A stretch of 57,364 nt of DNA, the filler included, from Sphacelaria rigidula (taxonomy: Eukaryota), in NCBI GenBank assembly GCA_964200075.2. It is 4 parts of 4 records of this genome, joined end to end, with 100 filler letters (N's around TTAATTAATTAA, not from the genome) between each part and the next. Parts side by side here need not be neighbours in the genome. Positions count along the whole stretch, not along the records: positions 14,368 to 28,634 come from CAXNAA020002349.1; positions 28,735 to 42,999 come from CAXNAA020002350.1; 2 more parts are not named here. One strand, written 5' to 3'. This document shows, piece after piece, positions 25,559 through 36,567 of the stretch. Positions within the stretch are counted from its first letter, which is position 1. Each line of letters opens with the position of its first letter. A program made the position numbers and the translations under genes. The notes under the pieces were generated by a model that saw nothing but the letters and a program-made list of their open reading frames with translations, did no database searches and had not been told where the DNA came from.

Positions 25559-27367
25559 ATGCGATCAAGAAAGTGCAAATCCGTCCCATCCAAAAATCAA
25601 ATGTTGGATTATTACCCGAACTACCACGCAATGTCGGGGCCAAACGATGCATTGTTTAGCAAAGGGTTCTCAAGACTTGAAATAATCGAGCAGCATTGTC
25701 CGCACGCCCAGGCATTCCGGAGGAGGGACGCAAGACCGGGGCAGTCAGTGCGCGCGGTCTTCACACCTGAAGGCTTCAGTTGTTCCGGCAGATCACCGGG
25801 TTGGTGACGTCGTTCAAGGCACGTGGAGCGTGTCGGCAAACCTTGACTCGGGTGTCTTACTTCTTCGAAAAAAGTCGTTATTGAGTCGGCACTAGGCCCG
25901 GAAAGAGTCGACATGTTGAAAGACCGGTTCTACGACCAAGAGTGCCCAAGAAATGACTAAGCGTGTTAAGTACGTGGCCCATGAGCATGTAAGAAATGAC
26001 GAAGGAAGTCTAGGACGTGCCTAGGTGCGTGCAAGAAATAGCTATAGCGACTGAGCACGTTCACCATGAGCTCAGCAGCGCGGGATTTGTCCGAACTGGA
26101 TAAAAACTTCTTGGCAGGTACACTGAAGCAGGTGTTTATTGCCTCAGTCATGTCTGCCTTCGTTCCCAGGTATGCTTCATATCCCTCTCCGTTTTAGTAT
26201 CGTGGAATAAATCACCATTCCCGCACAGAGAGGTTCCTGCCGAAAAAACGTTTTCGATGCTCCTGTTCTCATGTTTTCAAAGGCAGGAATCAGAAGGCCC
26301 GGATTAAACCCGCATTTTCCCACCCTGATGGACTCAGTTGTTGTTGTATGATTGGACCAACGGAGCGCGGTGGGAACATTAATTTCATGAAACGTAGCAG
26401 CCGAGAGGCGACCCGTGTAGTCATCAGAATATATGGAGCAGCCTTTGTAGCCTTTGTAGCCTTTCAGATGTGATGTGATTCGGAACTCAGCTTTCACCTG
26501 TTGACTCGTGATTTGTGGTGAACAATGCTTTAGGGTTAAGTTATAACTCAAGTTTCCAACGAGCGGGGTGAAGCAAAACCAGCAGCGCAATGTACAGTAT
26601 ACATGTGCTAGCAGGTTTGACGCAAATGTACCATTTGCATGGATGCTTACGGTCTCTCTTTTGGTACAGTTGACACAACATAACCCTCGAAACTCCGCCA
26701 TGGACGTTACAAGCGAGGCCGAAATATTCGCGGTGGATTTGCATGTGTATTCTAGGCAGTGGATTACAGGAAGGATAGAACAGGAAAGCAGTCCAAGGTA
26801 CAAGCCGCGACTACGAACCCAGAGCAGCTCCTCCAACCTTTCGATGTACAGAGTGAGATTTAGAAATTAGAAAGTTCATGCGGAAAGGTTCCACAAAATT
26901 GTCATCGCTCAGTTACTTCAGTCGGGAACAACCCCAGCTTAGTGCAGAGTGTATAGTGAAGGAGTACCGTGTGGGAGTTTGGGGTATGCAGCGTGTAGCG
27001 CGCGTGACCAGGATTGAAAGGCTGGAAGCTGCCACATTTCGAAAGTGTTATATTGCCAACTAATACAGTTCCCCCCAACTTTGGTGGTCAGAGCGGGGAT
27101 ACGAGAAGAGACATACCGCCAAAAAGCCGATGTGACGTGTCTACTTCGTCCCCCTTGTGCAGATGATACTGCGGTGTCACCAACCGACGGTATCGAAAAC
27201 TTGGAATCTCCGGAAATACTGAATCGCAACCTACAGCGATGATGTAACGTGCTGGAAGACTTCACAGACACGCTGAGACGAGATATACTTGAACACGCAC
27301 TTCGCCAGAAAAAGTAGTTAGGCATGCATTCAGATGTGTCTCAGAAGGTTTCGCCAACGGTTTTTGT

Positions 27368-27493
27368 ACTGGGTTATGGTCAGGGGCGTGGTACCTGCAG
27401 GGACTGGCCCGATTGGTTTTGAAAAACGTCGATCCTGAGGTGCTTTGAACTACGGCGTGGTCCTCTAAGCACGCGGTCCTCTCACGCATTACA
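27368..27493. mobile_element. Partial second copy of the 25400 MITE (right half)
   Basis: AAAAACGTCGATCCTGAGGTGCTTTGAACTACGGCGTGGTCCTCTAAGCACGCGGTCCTCTCACGCATTACA matches 25486-25558. Confidence 0.8.
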
Positions 27494-28634
27494 CCCTCCC
27501 CCTATTCTCGGGGATGAATCCACGTCCCTTCCGGCACCTTTTTCGCATGTTATATCGCTCATTGGATAAGCTTTCTAGCAACTATATCCTCACCTCAGCT
27601 ATCCAACACCGAAAAACAGTAAAATATAACATTCATGCCGGAATTCGGACCCTTCTCATCAGCCCAACTTCCCGATCGTGGACCACTTTGAGCAACGGCC
27701 CCACGGTTCATGTTCTTCACCGATTGAGGGGGGTAACTTCGTCGGGGCGAAAACCAGTGCCATGAGGTTCGAATTGCTTCAGACGTTGCGACAAGGTTCA
27801 ATGTAACATACAGCAGTGTTTCCGTCCGAGTCCCAGGTGAGGCGATACGAATGCGGCAGTGTAGAAGTGTCATCCCAGCTGATTTCGGCAGACGCGGCTA
27901 CTTCGTAACCAAACTACAACTTTGTAGTTATGCAGGAAACAATCTAGAATATACTGCAGCTGCATCCCCGACAGGAGCATACACCAGCAACGTTTGTCGG
28001 GGCAATTGATGTGTTGTACATAGACATGATCAAACGCGTCAGAATATGATGAGCAAGCCCACCCCCTCACAAAAGCATGTACTTGACACCAGACTTCGTC
28101 AACAGAAGGGAAGTTTGTGATGTATAGCAAACCTCTGGGATTATACTTCTGCCCATAATCAGTACTTACCCGTGCTCTCAGACTTCTAGAAATTCATACG
28201 ATAGTACTCATTGCAGAATAGGCCAACGCAGACTGTACCAACACCCACACCGAAGATCGGCGACTTTGAGGACCGACATGTCAAAATCTGAAACTTGAGG
28301 AGATGTAAAAGAATCGACCGCTCAAACGCTATCGCTGGTGATATTCCCTTATTGGGTAGAGCAGTAGGGGCGTTAGGTTGGTTTCACTCGACTACAAAAA
28401 AAAAGATCAAGTCCGGAACATCGAAGGGGACGAACATTGTATAGTAGCGATGGCCTTCAACTATCGATTTGCACTGGTCTGAATCGAAGGTCCGAACTCT
28501 GAATACTTGGCGACATTCCAGTTTCGGTAAAGTTGGCAATTTGGAGAAACGTCGGCCCGAATGGCTGGAGCGGCCACCTTCCCCGTCGTTTTCCGAACCG
28601 TTTCGATTTTGTGGATGCAGGTAGAATATATCAA

Positions 28635-28734
28635 NNNNNNNNNNNNNNNNNNNNNNNNNNNNNNNNNNNNNNNNNNNNTTAATTAATTAANNNNNNNNNN
28701 NNNNNNNNNNNNNNNNNNNNNNNNNNNNNNNNNN
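28635..28734. other. Assembly gap/linker
   Basis: N44-TTAATTAATTAA-N44. Confidence 0.95.
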
Positions 28735-28804
28735 CATATGCAGGACACGTCATTCCTAACCAGCCTCGTTGGTCCTTCTGGAGGCCCAGTCCCAAAAGGG
28801 TTAA
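28735..28804. mobile_element. Putative piggyBac-like right terminus (…CAGTCCCAAAAGGG|TTAA)
   Basis: GGG|TTAA end. The same CAGTCCCAAAAGGGTTA word recurs at 44615-44631, and a partial reverse complement (CCCTTTTGGG) sits at the window start. Confidence 0.45.
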
Positions 28805-29959
28805 TGTAAATATAAAACCGAGGACTTGCGTCTACACAGGGGTTGCAAAAAAAAAACTACTCCGTAGTTCATTTTTTGCAAATGATTACTTTTGGATTTA
28901 GTACCCCTAGGCAAAATATCAAGACAACTATTGACTCCGTGTTTTGCGGACGGTGAGTTCAATCGGCGACGATAATTTTCCAAAAGTTTCAGGGTCCACA
29001 CAGTATGGTATTGTACAGCTTTTCCGATTTCTCTTTTCTGTTCTCCTGTCTGAGTTTGAGTAGGTCTTGGGCTCACCGGTCACCGCGGGTCGTACCCGTG
29101 TGAATTTCCCGGACTCTTCACTCTTTCAATGCCACTCTTAATCGAATGGATCTCGACGTCAATAATTCATGAAATTCGTTGCGCTAGAGGCGAAAAGCAG
29201 AATTTGCCGTGGCCTTCCGCCCATTTTTTCTCGCTATTTTCGCCATTTTTGTATGGCTTTTGGAGTCTTAATTTGCACATGGTCCGATCATGGTGTTTTC
29301 GTCAGCGTCGGATTATGGAATATAACTTTCAGGAATGGAAGATGAAAGCATCACTCGCGTTTTGGATAAGAAAATGAATAAATTACGGGCCTGCCAGTGT
29401 TTTGGGATCTGGGCTTCTACACTCCCTGGATTTTGACTTTTTGGACGCCACTGTCCAATCTAAATTGACAACGGTTTGGTTCATGAACGATTTTGTTTTT
29501 TCAGATTTCATACATATCCGAAAAAAATGTTTGCGCTATACGCGAAAAAAATAAGAGGGAATGTGTGTTACCGAGTGTACCTTGGAGAATCTCATCACGA
29601 CTATCTCGTCAAAACACGACAAAAGACATGTTTTTTGTCTGGAAATTTATCTGCCTTTGTCAACTATCCCGATGTCTACCCATCCTTCGTAAACGTCGGG
29701 TGAAAACGAATCAATTCGATCGAATCCCTTCCTTCGCAACCGGGCACTGTACTCCCGTTGCAGCTTTTTCAAAACTCCACGCACTTCACATCTGGAACAA
29801 AAACACAAAAACGAGGATAGAATAAAATAAAAACTCGTCCAGCACGTGGAGACAGTTCTCCATCTTCATTTTCCTTCATTACAAACTTCGAGAGTATAAC
29901 ACACGCATGCACACACATACACGCGCGCGCATCGCCCCATGGTACCGTCGGTCTCTCAC

Positions 29960-32900
29960 CGCTCCTTATCCCTCGCTCGGGTACACGCCTTGATGAGAGT
30001 CAAATACTCCCGCTCCGACATGGTTAACTCCTGCTCGGGAGAAATGGCGTCTCTCCACAACGACATGCAGTCTTCCAGTCTTCCATCCAGACGTGCGTAC
30101 GCGTCTAGTAGCGGGATGTAGCTCCTGACGAGAACAATGGGGAGGGAGGGAGGGGGGGACCGAACGTTAGCCCTTAGACCGCGAGGGTAGTCCATCTGGA
30201 TCATGCATACTTTTTTCAAGTGAAATTGATATCGATTCAAAAGATGGCCTGTTCTCGCTGGCTAAGGGTTGACCAAACCATTTTTTGCCACTGTTGGGGT
30301 AGAACAGACAAGAGGCAGCATAGTTGGTGGACCCTGTTCAACTCTTCAACCATCTCGCCAAGTAGAGTGGAACGGTCTGCTCGTCGGCGAGCGCAGGTAA
30401 ATGGTCATCGACAACCGATTGACTATACACACACACCAGCATCGACAACACACAATGTACAGGACGTATGTGCGAGGACCCCACCATCTCTCCCCCACAA
30501 TTTTTTCTCTGCGTGAGTTATTGGCAACTGAACATTTCAGAACATTTTTTCGGAACCAAATCGAGAATAATTCACGAAAAAAAATGTAGGGGAGAGATGA
30601 CTGTACTGTACATCGTGTTGACATTTCATGGGGAAAGAGCCCAAAATTGAGCAGCATGATCGCGTGTTCACATTACTGTCCGCGTCTCGGGCGGCCCAGC
30701 CTGTACGTGTCTCGACGCCACTGGGACATGATAATCACATCACAGTTGTTTCACATAGCTCAGATCTCAAATCTTGTGTGCTGTATACGTTGCACTAACC
30801 CCCCCTGTCCTCGGTATCTTCTGCGCTTAGCATAGTGGACTCATTCCCGGGAAGTTCGCGTGTTTTACGCTGCAGCTAAGCGTCCTTGTGACTACATCCA
30901 TGACAATCTCTGCTCCAACATATTCTCCCATCACAGAAACCACGTACGACGCCAACCTCAGACTCATCACGCTCATTTCTTTGTACATCACGGCGGCCCA
31001 CCCCTTCCCTGACGGGATCAACATAGCACATCGGTGCTGTGCTCCATCAGTCCCATCCGCGGAAAATGACCAAAATGGTACCATCTCGATAGCGGGTTAA
31101 AAATTGTCGCTCGCACTTTTCTTCTCGTCAGAACGGGACCAGTTGCAACGGAGGTGTGAACTAACATCGGCAGTAGAAGCGAAAAACCTCTTGCCCACCA
31201 AGAACACTGCGGGAACACACACAGACCTCAAGCGAGGACGTTCCCTCGTACGTTTGAGACGCTCCAGCACCTCCCGGCCCTTGTCCGGACGTCCGTCCAG
31301 GCAACAAGCGCGAATCACGGCGGTGTAGATCGACTCGGGCAAATACCTCATCTTGCTCGACTTGTCGGGGTTGGTCGTAGCCTCAGTATCATCTGCAGCG
31401 ACTTCTTCCAAAATCTGTACTGTCGAATTGCGGGACCCAAAGAAATGAGAGAGAGAGAGAGAGAGATAGGGTGGGGGGGCGCTCGAAAAGGTTCCCAAAG
31501 AGTGTATAACACTGGGAAGTGAGGGTGTGTACTCATGATCTTGCATGCCGTGGTCATATGACAATTGACCTAGAATCCCTACAAAGCCGGGACGGGGCAC
31601 GCCGGGTTTTTGCCGGACCAGGGTCGAAACATCGATCACCACGCGCGAAGCGCCGTGAGGTATTCGGCGATTCGCATGAAGGGGTAAGCCGCATCATGCG
31701 AAGATTGTTCAGCTCAAAGTGTACTGATTATCTTGGATGTGGATGACAAGCCTCCTGTGACTTGCTTCATTTTGGAAGTGGGGGACGGGGGGCGGCGGGC
31801 AGCTCTAGTTTGCTCGGTTGATAGAGTGCACCAAACTAACGGCCTGCTCATCTCGAACGATGGTGTGTGAGAAACCAGACTGAGATTTCGAAAATATCAG
31901 CCAAGTGTTAAGCCTTGCCTCAGCGACGACTGCTACACGAAGTCCAATCAGCAGGTCATGATCTATTGATATTTCGGTCAGGTACAACAATATCTTGCGG
32001 GAAATATGCACAGTATCATGGTCGGATATTTCGTGGGAAGTTTCCGCTGGAAGTTTTTCACGTGTAGGGTTTTTGAGCGGGACATTTATATAGCCCGCGG
32101 GAGATTGACTTGTTGTGTGGTTCTCGGCGTTGTAGCTGGGATATGTTGATCCCCTTGAGGGTCACTCTCTTTGTTCTCCACCTTCATGCCAACATACTTG
32201 GGTCATAAGCCCTAGTTAATGAAAGATGAGTTACTGAGACCATCGTCAATTGTCGGAACATGATCAACCTTTGCATCAGATAAGAAGCTCAGGCTGGGCC
32301 TGATTTTCAGCGAGAATGAATAATGCCCTTCATGTTCCGGCTTGACCACGCGTTCATAATAGGAGGGGGTAAGGTGGGGCAAGTGCATTGTATGCACCAG
32401 CACACACACCCGCCTACAAGTATTATACGGGACGGACACGTGCCTCTGACCACTTCAGTCGCGAGCATTGCGTGCTTCGAAGAATTGTTAACTTTGCACA
32501 AGGAGACAAGACGACTAAATGTTACATGTTTCCACCTCTACTCTTCGGCGGCGCTTAACTTGCCAAAAATATATTACGTGAGACTTTAATGCTGGACCTC
32601 CATACACGGCGACACGAAATATACATGGACCACGTATCCCCTGCTGCCACAACAAAGCAGTCGAGGCGACCAAGGTGTTTTGTTGACCAACGCATCCACC
32701 AACTAACCGACCAACCCGCAGTGATCGCGTATCCCCGGACCTGGATAGCCGCCTCCGCAGCCGCCGCCCTGTTTCGCTGCGCAGATCTAGACTCAGACGC
32801 CGTTGCCGCCGCCACTGCCTCCCGAGGCACAGATCCTACGTCGTGACTGCTGCCTGCATCAGAAGCGCCTTCGGCGGAGCTGACGGAAGTTGAACCTTTG

Positions 32901-35900
32901 GGGGGTACGGTGGAACCATTTCCAGGATCGAGGGGATCCTTGTCGCCAGGAGAGCCTCCGCATACCGCCAAGACCATCTGAAGGATCTGAAAAGCCGTTT
33001 TCAGTATTGGGATGCAGGGTACCGAGGGGTTAGCGAGGTATAAGGCTCCGGGGGGAGGTGTAGTCATGATCATGCATACCACAGTCATAAGACCATTGAC
33101 CTCGCATCCCTACAAAGCCCGGACGGAGCACGCCCGGTTTTCGCCGAACCAGGCTCGCGATCAATCACCCAGCGCGAAACGCCGTGGTGTGTTCGGCGAG
33201 TCGCATGGTGTGTGAGATGCACCCTGCTAAGATTGATCGGCCCGAAGATCTTGCATATGGATGGCAGCCTCCAATGGGCTGTTTCATTTTCTGATATCGC
33301 CACTTTCAAAGACAGCCACAGTATACACACTGCCCCATGGGTGTGTCACTTTTCAACCCAGGGCTGCACATCGGATATCGATAATCGATACGATTTCGAG
33401 AAATATCGGTGATACGCAGTAGAAAACCGATATATGTGATACGTATCAATTCCGAATATCAATATCGAATATCGACACGCTTGATATTTGGTCCCTTTTT
33501 CGTCACATTTTTATAGCTCAATCTCTCGAAACGGTTGTCGCAGCTAATGTAGGGGACCCGAACGGCAGACCCCCAGTTGATTCAGCCCCACCGCTCCACT
33601 CAACGTCGTCTGCACACACCACACACCACGAGTATAGCTGTAGAGCGGTTGCACGATGTGCAAATGGATGCAGTATATATTCGTAGGATAGGAGGCAACA
33701 GAGTAACCGCTAGTGCCTCGTGAGTTTGGTGATTTGATTCAGCGGTAGTGTTCAACAACATCAACATACGGATGGCTGGTGTGGCGGAGTAGATATGAGG
33801 TCACGATCACTGCAAAGCTGCAGATAACAGTAGAATACAGCTGTCCTTCGGAGTATGAGGAGATGGTAGTGTCGCTTCGCCTTTTCTTCATGTTTGACGA
33901 GTGTCGGATTTATTTTCCCTTCCACCCATTAGTCTGGGCATTCTAATTGTTGCTAGCTTTATGGTTCTTTCTTTCTGGTTGGTGACACCCGAATCTATTT
34001 TGTGTGGCGTCCGAAAATTGAAATTTGACGCATGCTGCCGACGTTTCCTGTTATTGGTATTGAAAAACGTTGAAAAAATGAGCGCGCATTTGAGTTTGTG
34101 CATGTTCGAGGTTTGACACGTTTTCTTTTTTCATGAATATGCAGAGTCGCGAATATGCAGAGTCGAGGTATGCGCTCACTCGATTGAAGCACACAAAACA
34201 ATGGCCGTAGAAATGACAACAGTAAAACAAATACCACATCCGGCCCGCTGTGATCAAACACCTCTTGCACGATGACGAAACATTTTTATAAGACAGCTGC
34301 ATCATCGCATGCCGCAGCTGCTATGATGTCAATCTGCACACTACCCGCTGCTATACATCATGTGTGCACTGCTGTCCACTGTAAACTACCGTAGGTTGCT
34401 TGAAATACCACACCCGCAGGAGCGATTTTCAAAGCTCGATTACTTTCTCTCCACGATGGTTGAAACGCCGCCCAGTTCAGCCCTGGCATCGCTTCTGGTA
34501 AGGAGTAAGTGAGCTTTGAAAATCTGTCTAGGGGGTGTGGTATATTATGCGACCTACAAAAGTGAGTGAGGGTTGTCAGTATGCCACTGTACTTCTCGGT
34601 CTTGTGCACTGGGACTATACCAAAACAGCCGTATCGTATCGAATATCCATGCTCGATACGTATCGTGCCATTTTCGAGATATCGACAAAAATATCGGTAT
34701 CGGGGGTTGTGGGTCGATATTTCAAGAATCTCGTATCGAACTTTATTTTCGGTCCGATTTGCAACCCTGATTTGAAATTCAAACACTACGTAGTACGATT
34801 ATCTCCTTCACGCGGAGTTGAGGTACTCCCACCGCACACAATATGATCTACTGTGGCTCGACTGCCATCATGGTTACTGCAAAAAAAACGCAAGCGCGCA
34901 AAAAAACGGTTATGTGGTTGCCTAGCTTACGCCGTGAGCTGCCTGTTTTATAGCGTCATCGCCAACGGACGCCAACCCCATAGTGGATCCGCCCCTACAA
35001 AGCCGGGACGGAGGACGCCGGGTTCTCATCGGACCAGGCTCGCGGTCAATCACCAATAAGAGTAAAGAAATTCAACACGGGGGAGTAATAAACAGCATCC
35101 GTCACTGCTCGAGGGCGTAGCGACCGTGCCAATACTAGGGCTGCGGACCTCAGTACAGGCGCAAGCACTGAAATTCCGCTGTTGTAGAACCGCGAAATAA
35201 CATATTAGTTGGCGAATGCCGGAGATGCCTCTCACAACGAGGAAAACACACGTGAAGTCTGAAGCCCACCATAATGGACGCTACGGTGGCGACAAGAGAG
35301 GTCGTCGAAGTGAACCGATAAACACACCGTCCTGTCACACCGTTCGGTGGGCTGCTTCCCTTGAACGGGGGGGTGAAGCAGGCCCCTCGCGGGTATAGCA
35401 CGGGTCATGGTCACATACAGCCAAGGCATCTAAGAGAACTGAACCACCTGGGACATTCGAAGATAGCCGCACCTTCCGCCACAGACATACAGCACGTACT
35501 GTACATGAACATTCCGCTGTCATTCGCCAACCTGGAGCAATGCGCATGATTGAGCAAGTAAATCTCCGCACATTTGCAACTGCACCCAAGCACAGTCACT
35601 ACAGCATAGCGCGAAGACATAGTACAGTAAATGGCTTGTCTGTCAACCACAGGTACTTCACCTCTAAATCGTGCTTGATGCCTTTGACCTCCATCTCGCG
35701 GTACATATCCAAAGCCGACATCATGTCGTTCGCTTTGCACGCCAGAGCCAGCTCTTTCTTGTAGGCTGTCAGTACCATGCCCTCCACGGGTCCACCACGG
35801 CGCTTTTTGCCCTTGCCCTTGCCTTTGCGCTTTCCGCCGCCACATAACGGCACCTCCTTGCCACATATCAACACCGTTCTCGTTGTTTCTTTAGAAGCCC

Positions 35901-36204
35901 CTGATGCCTTAGCGCCGGCTGCGACAACTCCAGTGATTCCTGGGGACGCCTCTGGTTCGGCCACAGGGGCGGGTCCTGCCGATGTCTTACCCGCAGGTGT
36001 AGGCACGTCATGTTGTTGTGAGGTCGGAGCACCGATGGCAGCGACAGCCGGGCGAGTGGATGTGGGGTCGTAAGATGAGGGCAAGGCATCATCATCAGAT
36101 TCCTCGCGTTTTCGCTTTAGATCTGACGACGACATGCCAGGGCTTGTGTTGGGCATGTGCACGGCGGGGAGACGATTGTGTCGTTCGTAGACGGGGTTGC
36201 ACAT
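29960..36204 (-). CDS. PRORP: Protein-only RNase P (PRORP), N-terminal PPR region; NYN nuclease exons not in the window
   Basis: GT-AG exons in phase: ~36204/36156/36135-35662, 32986-32741, 31414-31227, 30124-29960. The spliced protein reads YKKELALACKANDMMSALDMYREMEVKGIKHDLEILQMVLAVC...LPESIYTAVIRACCLDGRPDKGREVLERLKRTRERPRLRSYIPLLDAYA...SEREYLTLIKAC. This follows the PPR1-PPR4 pattern of plant PRORPs, including the diagnostic PRLRSY. Basic NLS-like patches LKRKRE and KRKGKGKGKKRR are present. Confidence 0.85.
31520..31775. repeat. Unclassified ~250-bp structured repeat, copy 1 (PRORP intron 2)
   Basis: Aligns along its length with 33057-33292 (TCCCTACAAAGCC.GGACGG.GCACGCC.GGTTTT.GCCG.ACCAGG...GCGCGAA.CGCCGTG.G...TTCGGCGA.TCGCATG...TTCATTTT). 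Confidence 0.8.
33057..33292. repeat. Unclassified structured repeat, copy 2 (PRORP intron 1)
   Basis: See copy 1. Perfect stem TCGCCGAAC...GTTCGGCGA and a terminal hairpin CAGCC..GGCTG followed by TTTCATTTT. Confidence 0.8.
33359..34769. mobile_element. Non-autonomous hAT-like TIR element (~1.4 kb) in PRORP intron 1
   Basis: Termini CAGGGCTGCACATCGGA / TCCGATTTGCAACCCTG; dense ATATCG/CGATA subterminal repeats at both ends; no clear TSD. Confidence 0.65.
34985..35055. repeat. Fragment (copy 3) of the structured intronic repeat
   Basis: CCCTACAAAGCCGGGACGGAGGACGCCGGGTTCTCATCGGACCAGGCTCGCGGTCAATCACC. Confidence 0.75.
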
Positions 36205-36411
36205 AATTTTGTGTTATAATCCAGTGTTTTGGTATGACCATATTTAACGACTGTGTTTCCCCGCATAGTGGAGAACATCTGGTGTCTGAGCGCACGACGT
36301 GTACGAGTACTTATTGTCAAATAAACAATTGCTGAGTACTCGTTTGAGTGTGGATTTTAGAGTGAGAATGCCGCCAGCCCAGATTCTCTCGTCCTCTGAC
36401 TGCGGGTCTGA
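36205..36411. promoter_or_regulatory. Probable shared bidirectional promoter (PRORP / HAD gene)
   Basis: Divergent start regions lie only ~0.2-0.4 kb apart; no specific motif identified. Confidence 0.45.
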
Positions 36412-36567
36412 ATGACGGGCTCCGTGTCCCCCAAGCCAACCGCCCATCATGCATCGGTAACTGGCAGACCGGCGCGCGTGGTTGTGCTGGTTCTCTGTAC
36501 TGTCCTCTTTCATCTGTTGGCGGGCTCACCATTTCTTGTCGAAGTTTTACAGTCGAGAGATTCTGCC

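Larger units (their letters stand above)
24904..28330. pseudogene. Candidate endogenous viral element: degenerate RNA-dependent RNA polymerase (negative-strand virus L-like) fossil; strand unresolved
   Basis: Intronless chain of frameshifted ORF fragments. Plus strand gives IATYSDDV (27223-27246), upstream SRFDANVPF..IFAVDL and FLAGTLKQVFIAS..RYASYP. Minus strand gives GNLSYNLTLKHC...SIYSDDY (26417-26437)...GFN..SKT..GMVIY. Interrupted by two MITE copies. Confidence 0.35.
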
